From: Oopsacas minuta
Taxonomy: Eukaryota; Animalia; Porifera
Assembly (NCBI GenBank): GCA_024704765.1
Contig: JAKMXF010000221.1
Coordinates: 558,001 to 622,000 of the forward strand
Reading direction: 5' to 3'
Length of the DNA: 64,000 nt
The notes beneath the pieces are model-generated. The model saw nothing but the letters and a program-made list of their open reading frames with translations. It had not been told where the DNA came from and did no database searches. The first letter of the stretch is position 1, and every line of letters starts with the position of its first letter. Both the position numbers and the translations under genes were made by a program. Below are positions 48,801 through 59,223 of this stretch, one piece after another.

Positions 48801-49810
48801 ATTTGGTTAAATGTAAACATAAATAGACACCTAGGTGTCAATTAAGCAAATTCATTGTTTGAAATTCTAAATAGTTGACACATTTCAAAGATGGTTTCTT
48901 CATAAAAAGAATGGAAATACTTTCAACTGCAACCATTCGGGAATACTGGAATTCCTATTTATGAATAGAATTATGACATAGCAATAATTGTTATATATTG
49001 TGTATAGTGGCACAGTGGCCATATGTGGCCTTGATAATAAGGTGTGGGGGGCAGAAGTTCCATCAGCTAAACTCTTAAATTGTCCACAAATAATGCGGTT
49101 AATGACACAATTTCCATAATAATATTCCTGTGGTGGATATTAATATTATTATAGATGGTTATATTAGCAAATAAGATGGCGTAATGATATGCTCAGCTGA
49201 CTTATTAGGCGGGAAATTGACTTATTAGGCGGGAAATTGACTTTTTTCGATTATAATTCTTATTCATAATAGCGCTCGCTCTTTAGGCACTAAAGTAGAG
49301 TTCGCCTGTTAGCAATTCGTATTTGCACGAATGTTGGCGTCGAACCTTCAGGCGGAAGAATTTGGGACAAGGGGTATTATAATTTGGACAGGTGTTGAGT
49401 ACCGGTTAGCGCCACAAAAGACCGCTATAACGATTAGATGAAGAAAATGCATAAAATTTGAATAATTAATATTCAACTTGAAAATATCTTAACTTACATC
49501 TACAAATTCCAATACGTCCATTCTCCGTTGTCAAGAAGTCCTTTGTATTAACCGTGCACCCTAACCCCTTCCCACAAACCCCATATCTGCCATATGGACC
49601 ACCACATAGTTCCATATTCCCTTTCATGCACAAATGGCAGCAGCCACAATATGATAGAAACTTATTCAATTGACAAGTTGTAATATTTACAATACATGCA
49701 TATGAAGAACAAGGTGTTGAACATTCAAATATTTCCCGTCCTTCACTAGTACAGCATCCGAAAGTTGCAAAAAACACAAACAAACAAGTAAACAAATCAA
49801 ATGTAAACAT
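45873..49810 (-). CDS. Secreted IGFBP N-domain + 2 Kazal domain protein (IGFBP7/KAZALD-like without Ig)
   Basis: Exons 49810-49498 (CGCCHLC..CGG..GVCGKGLGC), 48238-48083 (PVCGSNGMVYKNVC), 47808-47563 (PWCASNGKSYSNKC) and a tentative last exon 46003-45873, all linked in phase 1. Confidence 0.75.
47040..47205. mobile_element. hAT MITE family A copy
   Basis: TAGCGGTTCCCAAC ... GTTTGGGACACAGCTG; flanks GCATAAAT / GCTTAGAT (6/8). Confidence 0.7.
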
Positions 49811-50385
49811 TGATAATCAACAATATAACGCTTGACGAGTATAGCCGTATTTATATCGACCTTGCTTATAGTGACATCATACAATGCCTACAGCTAGTAC
49901 TTGTTTGATTTCTAAGGACAATTAATGTTTGAGCGAAAGGAAACGCGGGACATAAGGGTACGAATTTAGCGGGACATAAGGGTACGAATTTAGCGGGACA
50001 TCACCCTCAACACATTCTGAAAAAGCGGGACAGTTGGCAAGTATGCACATGAGTAAATTTAATGGGTTTGAATATTTGTATACATTCTTCACACCTCTAT
50101 GAAGCTAAGACCACTTGGGGGTACAGAAAAGTGGTCGTAAATGGCAGGGTGGCAGGGGGTCGTATACCACTATAGCTATAATTTAAGTACTATACAAGAA
50201 GTGGCAGAATGTGACATTTGGGGTCGAAGTGATCGCAAGCCGTGCAGGGTAAGAAATCGAAACAATATGAGATTTTAAGTTGGAAGGTTCATAAGATTAG
50301 TTTAATAACATAATATCATGCAAACAACAAACAACAAACAAAAATATATATATATTCCGATAAATTCACACATTAGCAATACGAA

Positions 50386-51591
50386 CTAACACCAAATCTT
50401 AATAGTAGTATCCCAACTACTGGTAGCGATACCAGACCCATCAGGTGATACCCTTAACCGAGTTATCTTGTCGTCATGGAATTGTAGATAATTCGCCAAT
50501 CTTTTGCCATGAATAAGGTCCCATGCATTTATACTACTATCATCGTGTGCTGAGAATAAAACGCGTCCTGATTGTGATACGTCGACAGAAGAAACGCCGA
50601 AAATGATACAGTCCCGGGTGAATACCTGGAGCTCTTGGTCAGACCGCATGTCGTACAGGCGACAGGTGGAATCGTCCGAGCCGGTAACGAAGCAATCACC
50701 ACTGGGTAGAATTCGGACCGAGTTTATATCGGATACGTGACCGTCAAACATCATTTCACAACAGCCTGTACGGATATCATAGACTCGAGCTATGTTATCA
50801 CTACATCCGGTTCCAAAGACACTCCAAGGGTTGGCCGGATTCACATCTAGACACATGACCTGTGTCCCGACCGCGCGGAAGGTCATCTCCGACTTCTCGC
50901 CCTCTACATCCCAGAGGATACAGGTCCCGTCACCTGACCCAGTCAGGAGCTGCTGCTCGCCGCCTAAGAAACTGGAACAGGAGAGGAACGAAGTGTGACA
51001 AGCAAAAGTGGCCTTTGTAACCTCATGATCCTCACAGGTCAAGGAGGGTAACCTCATGATTGAACACCTGTTGTCTAACCCCCCGTAACAAATTACATTT
51101 GATGTTAAAATAGGCGCGTAAGAGCAAGTTATTATCCATGGTATCTGGAACTTAAACACACGGACTACTTTTTGGGTTTGCCCGTTCCAGATGATGACAC
51201 TACCATCTGTACTAGAGGAACATAAATGGACCCCATCAGGGGACCAATCGACACATAGGACCTTACCCAAATGGTGTTTAAGAACTTTTCGTATTTTCAT
51301 GCTAGCAAGAGGTGTTTGTGGCACATTTATAGGCGCCACACTGCCAGGCAAAAGCGCTAAGTCTCTGTCTCTTAAACGGACACGAATAGCGTCCAAGTTA
51401 GTCTTTAGTTTAGCAACTTCGATTTCCAAGTTCTGAATTTTGTTCATTTTAGACCCATTGAATTTGTAGGGGGACATAGGGGACCTGGGGGCTCTTTCGA
51501 GCTCTGAAGGGGTCAGACTACGGAGGGCACCCACCGGGATACTAATTGGAGAGGTCACCTCTGGGAGAGGGGATAGTCTCTGAGGATCCAT
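50386..51591 (-). CDS. GNB5: Heterotrimeric G protein beta subunit, Gbeta5-like, intronless
   Basis: N-terminal coiled coil and seven WD40 repeats. Gbeta5-type signatures KVLCVDW, LTGSGDGTCILWDVE, HVSDINSVR..PSGD, DDSTCRLYD and CIIFGVSSVD. Confidence 0.8.
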   Translation of the reverse strand: MDPQRLSPLPEVTSPISIPVGALRSLTPSELERAPRSPMSPYKFNGSKMNKIQNLEIEVAKLKTNLDAIRVRLRDRDLALLPGSVAPINVPQTPLASMKIRKVLKHHLGKVLCVDWSPDGVHLCSSSTDGSVIIWNGQTQKVVRVFKFQIPWIITCSYAPILTSNVICYGGLDNRCSIMRLPSLTCEDHEVTKATFACHTSFLSCSSFLGGEQQLLTGSGDGTCILWDVEGEKSEMTFRAVGTQVMCLDVNPANPWSVFGTGCSDNIARVYDIRTGCCEMMFDGHVSDINSVRILPSGDCFVTGSDDSTCRLYDMRSDQELQVFTRDCIIFGVSSVDVSQSGRVLFSAHDDSSINAWDLIHGKRLANYLQFHDDKITRLRVSPDGSGIATSSWDTTIKIWC

Positions 51592-51919
51592 TTCTAATTT
51601 TATTTAATCCGAAAAATTAAATGGCTGCAACTGGTAAGAGCTACAAATATGAATGAGGCATAAAGGTGTGAAGTGGTTTATATATTCTAATATTTGGGTA
51701 AAATCTTAACAGACCTCTGAATATCTGAGTCTGTAATTGATTGAATGAGAGCGAATAATATTTCAAAGGTGTCAAAATAGAACATGTTCCAATTTCCACC
51801 ACTTAACACCTACAGGACATATTTCAGGTTCGTAGCTTAACCATTCCATCAACAACAACAATATGAATAATCACTGTAAACAAACAAATAAATCTGTATA
51901 TTAATAAGTGTTTGTTTAT

Positions 51920-52978
51920 TTATGTGTCAGAGTATCTGAGAAGTTTAACGGGTTTCCTTTCTCTAATTATTTTCTGTAATTCCGCGTCTTTCTTGGCTTT
52001 TAAGGTGTCAATCTTTGGTTCAGAATATTTGGGATCTACAGAGGGACTTAAACCTAAATCCAGCTCGACACTTTCTTGCGGAAAATATGCACAAAATGAT
52101 TTCTTCCATAATTCGAGAGGTGTCTTAGGGGTCGCTACACCCTTTTGTGAGTAGTCCTCTGGGAACGTAGGTGCCCCGATCTGCGCTAAGGTGTCAGCAG
52201 CCATCGGCACCAATAGAGGCTTATTTGGATCAACAGCAAGGGTCTTATTAGGCTTGGAAGGAGCGTCGAAAGCAAGGTGAGATAGGAGAGACCGAGCTCT
52301 GCTACAGAGGCCCTCTGATTTTGTAGTGAAGAACTGCAAGGTTGCACCATGGATATGAGACAGGAACCGAAGTGTTTTGCAGATCACCGTCCTCTGTTCT
52401 ATCGGCAGCTCCTTAAACAAATCGTATTTCCCACCGAATATTACAAATTTTGTTAGTAACGGGGATAACAGTTGCTTGTCTGGATGTTCCGGTCCGTATG
52501 CGCCAGTTATTCGGGACTTTATAGTCTCTATTTCCTCGGGGGTACAATCCTTAGCTCTTTCAGAGAGGACAGTCTTTAATTCCTTCACAGCAGTTTCCCA
52601 AACAGCCCATAACAAGCTAGGCTGTGACAGATCGAGGACAAGGATCACCGACATTGTCTTAAGAGGTCCCGAACCAAGAGGCACGACCACCATATCTAAA
52701 TAGTTCTTAGCAGCACCCCCTGCCAATTCCCATATATGACATATTTGCCGAGTGACACTATCTGCAATAGTACGACGGCCATATGTATATTCAAGGGCTA
52801 TTGAAGGAACCGGCGATTCGTCTCGGTCAAGAAATCGGAGTATTAGGGAAGTTTTCCCTGAGAACTTACTCCCTAAGACAAAATGTGTCGACTCGTAATT
52901 CATTTTGGAGGTTGTTTTGTGTATGTGTTGTATGATATCCCAGAGGTCATCACCCTCTTGGAATTCCTTCTCTTCCAT
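51920..52978 (-). CDS. DYNC2LI1: Cytoplasmic dynein 2 light intermediate chain 1
   Basis: GSKFSGKTSLILRFLDRDE.P.PSIALEYTYGRR, HIWELAGG, GGKYD and CKTLRFLSH.HGA, as in DYNC2LI1; intronless. Confidence 0.92.
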   Translation of the reverse strand: MEEKEFQEGDDLWDIIQHIHKTTSKMNYESTHFVLGSKFSGKTSLILRFLDRDESPVPSIALEYTYGRRTIADSVTRQICHIWELAGGAAKNYLDMVVVPLGSGPLKTMSVILVLDLSQPSLLWAVWETAVKELKTVLSERAKDCTPEEIETIKSRITGAYGPEHPDKQLLSPLLTKFVIFGGKYDLFKELPIEQRTVICKTLRFLSHIHGATLQFFTTKSEGLCSRARSLLSHLAFDAPSKPNKTLAVDPNKPLLVPMAADTLAQIGAPTFPEDYSQKGVATPKTPLELWKKSFCAYFPQESVELDLGLSPSVDPKYSEPKIDTLKAKKDAELQKIIRERKPVKLLRYSDT

Positions 52979-53161
52979 TTGGTATCCTAGTTATATTTGT
53001 AAATATATTATGAGACACTTGACCAGAACTATACCAATTGTGTCCAAAGTGGCAGAATTGAGATAAAAATTGATAGAAAATGAGCAAAAATGTTGGATTT
53101 TGAGTGGAATTTTGGACCAATTTTTACAGAAATCTTGCAATAAGTTAAGAAGGAAAAAGCA

Positions 53162-53233
53162 GGGCTTGTCCGGGAGTTGAACCCGGGACCTCTCGCACCC
53201 GAAACGAGAATCATACCACTAGACCAACAAGCC
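53162..53233 (-). tRNA. tRNA-Pro(CGG)
   Basis: GGCTTGTTGGTCTAGTGGTATGATTCTCGTTTCGGGTGCGAGAGGTCCCGGGTTCAACTCCCGGACAAGCCC; canonical cloverleaf, A and B boxes, anticodon CGG. Confidence 0.95.
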
Positions 53234-53454
53234 AATAACAGTCAAAACAACATATTCAAAAATATATAAGAATTGGCCCTCTAACTGACCCTAGGTGTAG
53301 AAATAGACCCCTCAGTAAATAGGAGATAGGAGAATAAGATAAATATCACACAAAATAAACAATAATAAAATAATAATAATAATAATAATACTACTACTAA
53401 CGATAATCGCATGAACACTTTGTTAGAGGGAACATTCCACAAGCTATAATTGAA

Positions 53455-54925
53455 TTAAGCCTCCTCGCTGAGGGCCTTCACCTCACTCAGAAGTTTCTCA
53501 GTAAGGTACACAGCTTCATTCGCCTTCTCACTGTTCATCTGTTTCAACGCATTGCTAGCTGCTACTCTAACCGTGTGGATAAAGTCATTACGCCAGATAT
53601 TCAAAATCGGCTCGATGGCCTGTGTTGCTTTCAAACGACCTAAAGTTATGCAAGCCGCTTCCCGCACAAGTCTGTCCTTATCGGCTAGATTAATCATAAG
53701 GGAGTCGAGGGTCCCCGGGGCTAGTTGTACCCCTGCCTGTCCTAGTTTCCCTACAGTGATAACAGCAATGGTCCGCACATTCGCATCGTCCTCTGATAAT
53801 AATTCAATCAGTGATTGCATTACAGCTGGCGTATTAAAACGTGTCAAATTGTCGATGGCTTGTAGACGGACAGTTGAGTTCATTGAGAACACATCTATCA
53901 TAGCTAATTTCTCTGTGGCGAGGAGGATGATCCTCTTTATTAGATAATCCTTACCGGGGTTGTTACCGGTGAACTCTAAGAAGTCCTGCTTACGGGCTTG
54001 ATCGCTGTCAAAGAAGATTTCTTTACGTAAAGTTTTGAGAAGCCACTCGATTTGCTTATCTGAGAATTGTGACCTGAGTTCTTCGTCAAATTCCTCCAAG
54101 ATTGATTTCTCAAACCGGAACCAAGCTACAGAATCAGAACTACCCAATTTACGTTCCCAAAATTCGTAGGTTGGGTCTGTTTGTAGAGTTATCTGGTGTA
54201 CCTATGGGTGCAAATATCTCAATAACAAAACAAACAAACAAACAAACAAACAAACAACTTACAGGTTTATGCCTATGTGAAACATGTTTCAACTGTTCAT
54301 CAGCTTCCACATTTGAATCAACACTATCTTTCCTAGATTTCTTGGTTACAATATGTTCCCCTATAGCCGCCATCTGTTCCCCATACGCCTCCGGATTGGT
54401 CATATCATACCACTTAACCACCTGTAGCACCAGCTTTGTCCCAAATTCCAATTTTTCCTTCAGGACTTTGGAGTTATTAAGATGTACAGGAATGATGGTT
54501 ACATTAGCTATATACGCTAGAGCTATTCTATCACAGCAGTAGTTATTTGTCACAGAATGCTCACTCAGGATCCAAATCAAACTGGTACCAGAGGAGATCG
54601 GAGGCCCTGATTGTTTCTCAGCGTCATCCAGTAAGGACACAAGCCCGTGGGTGGCTAGGGAGGTGGACAATTGGTCCGCGATACCCTTGTCCCGCTCGGA
54701 ATGGATAATGGCCACGTCGTAGACGATCGGTTCAGCTACGGACATGGATTTCTGTTTTTTATCAGGGACATTACTATCTTTCTTATCAGGGACATTACTG
54801 CCTTTTTTATCAGGGACATTACTGCCTTTTTTATCAGGGACATTACTACCTTTTTTATTCCCGCTATCCTTTCTTGGTTCTTTAGACTGTATGTTAGCTG
54901 TATGGCTTGGTGGTGTGTTACCCAT
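53455..54925 (-). CDS. TIR(-2)-domain + HEAT-repeat protein, possibly N-myristoylated (~469 aa)
   Basis: ORFs 54925-54263 and 54201-53455 are joined by a 61-bp GT-AG intron in phase 0. MGNT start; GSNVPDKK x4; TIR-like YDVAIIHS..D..IA..L...WILS..SV...YC...IALA...IIPV; C-terminal HEAT repeats (DANVRTIA, DRLVREAA, HTVRVAA). Confidence 0.75.
54760..54860. repeat. 24-bp coding tandem repeat (GSNVPDKK) x4
   Basis: TTTTTATCAGGGACATTACT(A/G)CC units within the TIR gene. Confidence 0.9.
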
Positions 54926-55430
54926 AGCTACGTGTTAAAATATGATTAATCACATGGTTTAAAAACTTTAATGGCTGAAGGAAGAGCTATCTAACACACC
55001 ATGGCAACTAGAATGGAGAAATGGAATGTTGTATTTGGGTGGAGAATCATGACCTGTGTAAATTTATGTGGTATGGCCACTCCGAAAAATTGGACCGTTG
55101 GGACATTTTATGCACCCCTATGGTGTCCCCAGCTGGTAGCCTATGCCCGGTGCCTCAACTGAAATATTAACAAACTAACAAACAACAATAAACTCTTATT
55201 AATACATAAACATAAGCCTAATATCTAATACATATAATTCATACTCAGATTACAAGTAATTAAATATTCCATAATTACATTATTAGCGAACTTTGTAATT
55301 AAATAACGTGATCACCAGACACGAGACCCATCGGGTCAAATACGGTATATGATCTCCCGTCCGCATACCAGCGGATTGGTATTAAATAGTTCACGCCTGG
55401 GAGCAAAGTGTATTAGCTAAATAACTAATA

Positions 55431-55444
55431 GTTACCATAGTAAC
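55431..55444. promoter_or_regulatory. RFX X-box-like palindrome GTTACCATAGTAAC
   Basis: Matches GTTNCCATRGNAAC; about 500 bp upstream of the TIR-HEAT start. Function is inferred from the motif only. Confidence 0.4.
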
Positions 55445-55566
55445 GCAGAAATATGCAAGGTATCCCACTAATTAGATTAGTATAATATATTCTTACAATA
55501 TTTGAACAAATTCCAATAAATGTATACATTGATAATAAGGTGTGAACACAATTAATCATATGAATA

Positions 55567-55999
55567 TTAAGACAATAACAAAGCTGTTAAAGTGAGAAAT
55601 GCCAATTCGACCTGAGATGAATTTTTAGCGCTAACTTCAAAAAATTCCATTTTATACTTTTCAGCTAGTCTAACAGCTGATAACCGACTGATAACTCTGT
55701 CACATTCCATATCACACTTGTTACTAAGCAATAGCTTAGGAATGTGTGTTTGTCCTTCTTGTTCTACTTTCTTTTGCCATTCTAGTATATCTTCTAAAGA
55801 AATAAATGTAAATATAAATATGGCTCAGGTGTGAAGTGGGATAATTTATAATAATCAAATATCAAAGTTAAATCTTCAAAATGTCAGAGAAAGGGTGACA
55901 AAATATATGGACCTCATCAGGTTTTAGGGTTTACAAGCATTGTAAGCTGATATTCTAAGATGCAATTTAGAAAATAAACAAACAAACAAACAAACTAAC

Positions 56000-56031
<32 letters not shown>

Positions 56032-56211
56032 AAACAAACTAACAAACTAACAAACTAACTAACTAACTAACTAACTAACAAACAAACAAACAAACTAACA
56101 AACTAACAAACTAACTAACTAACTAACTAACTAACAAACAAACAAACAAACTAACAAACTAACAAACTAACTAACTAACTAACTAACTAACAAACAAACT
56201 AACAAACTAAC

Positions 56212-56243
<32 letters not shown>

Positions 56244-56544
56244 AAACAAACAAACAAACAAACAACTCACCAATAGCTCTTTCATCTGTACAATCGAACA
56301 CAAATACAAATCCATCAACACTTTTGAAGTTAGAAATCGGATATGAATCTACCTTAGAATACAAATAACTATCCCAAATATACAGATTTATATATCTTCC
56401 GTCAACAGACACCTTTTTAACACCCATATGGATACCATTTGTTTCACAACACAATTCATCAAACGAATTATTAACAAATCTGGACAATAGGGAGCTCTTT
56501 CCCGCCCCTTTCTTCCCACAAATATCAAAATGTAGATAACACAT
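55567..56544 (-). CDS. Divergent Rab-like small GTPase without prenylation motif
   Basis: Exons 56544-56271 and 55793-55567 (phase 1). G1 GKKGAGKSS, degenerate G3 WDSYLY, G4 NKCD, G5 EVSAK; ends AFLTLTALLLS*. Confidence 0.75.
55975..56263. repeat. Compound (AAAC)/(TAAC) microsatellite
   Basis: About 290 bp of alternating AAAC and CTAA blocks next to the donor site of the Rab-like gene. Confidence 0.95.
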
Positions 56545-57038
56545 ATTTTAAATATATACATTTAAAATTCACACCTTTTATACATATTGAAGCCTTGGAT
56601 ACACAATATAGATACAAAAGAATTTATAGGAATTACTAACACGTGAACTATCTAAGGGTTTCCATATTCGTATGATTTATTAATTGTGTCCTTAGAGCAC
56701 AAATGTGTCCGGTTTCAACTACGTGAATGGCTAAAAATTGTCTAACATGTATTTCAATAAAATGCGCCACTTATTATTTAGGACACATATTATGAGGCCA
56801 AATATTTGGCGACACATATGATAGAGGCTTCTGGAATAGGACAGGGTATATTGTGTTCCAAAGGCGTCCTAATTAACGATCCCAATTGGTAACAGAACCA
56901 ATATATTAATATATAGTTTCAGTTCCAATTTAAGATATAAACTTTTTAGAAATGTGTATTTGTATACAAACAATAATCTACATCAATAAATATTTAGCAA
57001 ATAAGGTGTGAAAATATGATATATCAAGTGAAAATGGT

Positions 57039-59223
57039 TCATATGTTAGCTAGCTTAAAAATTGAGTATAATATCCCAGCTGTTACACTAATTGACACTC
57101 CGATAAAGTTCAAAGGTGAATATACATAATCACCACCTAGTATAACACCTATATAAGTGATGAAGACATTCTTCATAGTTCCAATTACAGTCGTAGTTAG
57201 GGGAGAGTTCACTCGAGTGCAAAGGAATGTGGAATAATTCAAAATAAACCCCATGACACATGAACTAAAGAAATACGTCACAAATACTGGATTATTCCAT
57301 TCAGTGTATTTGTATGCTAGATTGAAATCTCCGTGATAATACATTAGGAGAGCGAGGGGAGGCGACATGAGGAGAGCGTTCAGATAGACCATACCGTATT
57401 CACCGAGTTTCTATATAAAAAGGTGTTAAAATATGTATATAACCTCACTATCTAGTACCTAACGTGGAACTAGGTAACATGACAATGATATGTGGTCCCT
57501 TAAGGGTTCAAAAGGTGTGAAAATATGTACCTTTTTGCTAGTCTTGTATTTACTGAGTACATTCATAGACGCTGTGAATAAGTTATTGAGTGATATTACT
57601 GAGTAGGCGTAGAGGTCAAAAGTGAGGTCCCCACTAGCTGCTACCCCTGCCCCCAGTATCATGAAGAGGACAGATAACAGTACCCATTTGGTTGCGTATT
57701 GGGAGAGTAACAGGTACTCTCCTATAAGTGTGAAGAGTATTGAAAACCTGTAAATATATAATATTTGAATGTTTGTTCATTTCAAAAAGTAACAAAATTA
57801 TAAAAATAGATCAGAAAGAGAATATTATAAGAGTAGAGGGTAGAGACAATAAGAGTACCTACGTCCCATGGTGAACCTGGGAGCAGAGGGTTTACACACG
57901 CTAACAGACGGCTGGTAAGCAGAGGGGCCTGGCTTCTTGGCCCTGTCGATGGGTACACGGGATCTCCCTAACATAGTGTATTTGGGTGACTGGCTCTTAT
58001 TGGTGTCAAGAGGTATTACGTCATAAGTACCGGGACCTGGGGCGTTGGCATGATCCGCTGTATAGCTCCCTCGGGTGAGTTTGATACCCATGGTGTGGTA
58101 GGACTTAGGTCCAGGCTGGTTAGGGAGGGTGTAAGTGTTAGGAGAGGGGGTCTGAGACAGTTTAGTCAGATTAGTCCGCTCACAGATACTGAAAGCGGGA
58201 GAAGTTGTGAAATTAGGGAGAGAATGGTTCTCAGGGAAATAGTCACCGGGACCAGGGGTCTGAATGATCCTCTTAACACCTGATTTAAGTAACATGGAGT
58301 AGTTCTTACGATCATCTGGTCCATAGCGTGTTACGTAGTTTGGGACATAGTATTTGGGCCCGGGAGTGTTCGAATAACTGACGTAATAAATCCTCTCTCC
58401 GATGGTGTAAGACGGACTCTTGTGTTTGCTCATGTCGTGCTCCTGACTCCCTAACAGGGAGGGGAGCAGGTAGGCAGCAGGACCAGGGATAGATTTAGTT
58501 ATGTGAGACATAAATAATGAGAAATTATGTAAGTAAGCCTATTGACTTGTATTTATAGTAATCAGGGAACCCAGTAGCCTATCAGAATGCCAGCTGTTAG
58601 GCTGTTAATTGATTGGGCAGAAATTGTTTGTTTGTTGTGTTATTAGGAAATGGTAAGAGCTACAAACTTGAAATTTGCCATGTCAGTGTGAAGTGGCATA
58701 ACTTTTAACAAGTTATAATATCCAAATGGTATCTCCACCACTCTATGAGATAGGTGACAAAATGTATTGACCTATCAGATTTGAGCGTTGCTTGTGGATA
58801 TAATTAACAAAACAACAAACCAACAAATACTCACCTCCTGAGGACTGTAAACATGGGTAACGGTATCAGCTGAGTAGAGCTTAATCCAGACAGAGCGTTG
58901 AGGAGATACAGGATCGGGAGAGGTTGTATATGTAGAATAGTCTCTAGGGTCAATGGAGGTAGAGTTAACACCACAAGTAACCGAGCCATAGTGAGGACAA
59001 GGAGCGAGGCTACCATCTGTCCGAATGCGAGACAGAGAGGACTTGGGAAAGAGAAACTCGTCAGGATAATCTTATTAACAGCTACTAGGGCGAACGATGA
59101 TACAGCGAAGAGGACAGCTGACCAGACTCCTAATAGGGACAATTTGATCCTCGGTGTACTTCTCGTACTAGTGGGGAGACCGCTGAAGATAGGTGTTATC
59201 CTCGGGGGCTGATCTCCTTCCAT
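57039..59223 (-). CDS. SLC35D: Nucleotide-sugar transporter SLC35D1/D2 (fringe connection-like)
   Basis: Exons 59223-58835, 57747-57531 and 57410-57039. Motifs SSFALVAVNK, PMFTVLRRFSI, GDLTFD, SCVMGFILNY, NSPLTTT and LGGDY. Confidence 0.92.
57825..58511 (-). CDS. ODF3: ODF3/SHIPPO-repeat (PGPGxY) ciliary microtubule-associated protein, nested in SLC35D intron 1
   Basis: Repeated TPGPKY, TPGPGDY, TPSPNTY, APGPGTY and KPGPSAY motifs with F/Y-T/S-M-G segments; own ATG and stop; no introns. Confidence 0.85.
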   Translation of the reverse strand: MSHITKSIPGPAAYLLPSLLGSQEHDMSKHKSPSYTIGERIYYVSYSNTPGPKYYVPNYVTRYGPDDRKNYSMLLKSGVKRIIQTPGPGDYFPENHSLPNFTTSPAFSICERTNLTKLSQTPSPNTYTLPNQPGPKSYHTMGIKLTRGSYTADHANAPGPGTYDVIPLDTNKSQSPKYTMLGRSRVPIDRAKKPGPSAYQPSVSVCKPSAPRFTMGRRYSYCLYPLLL

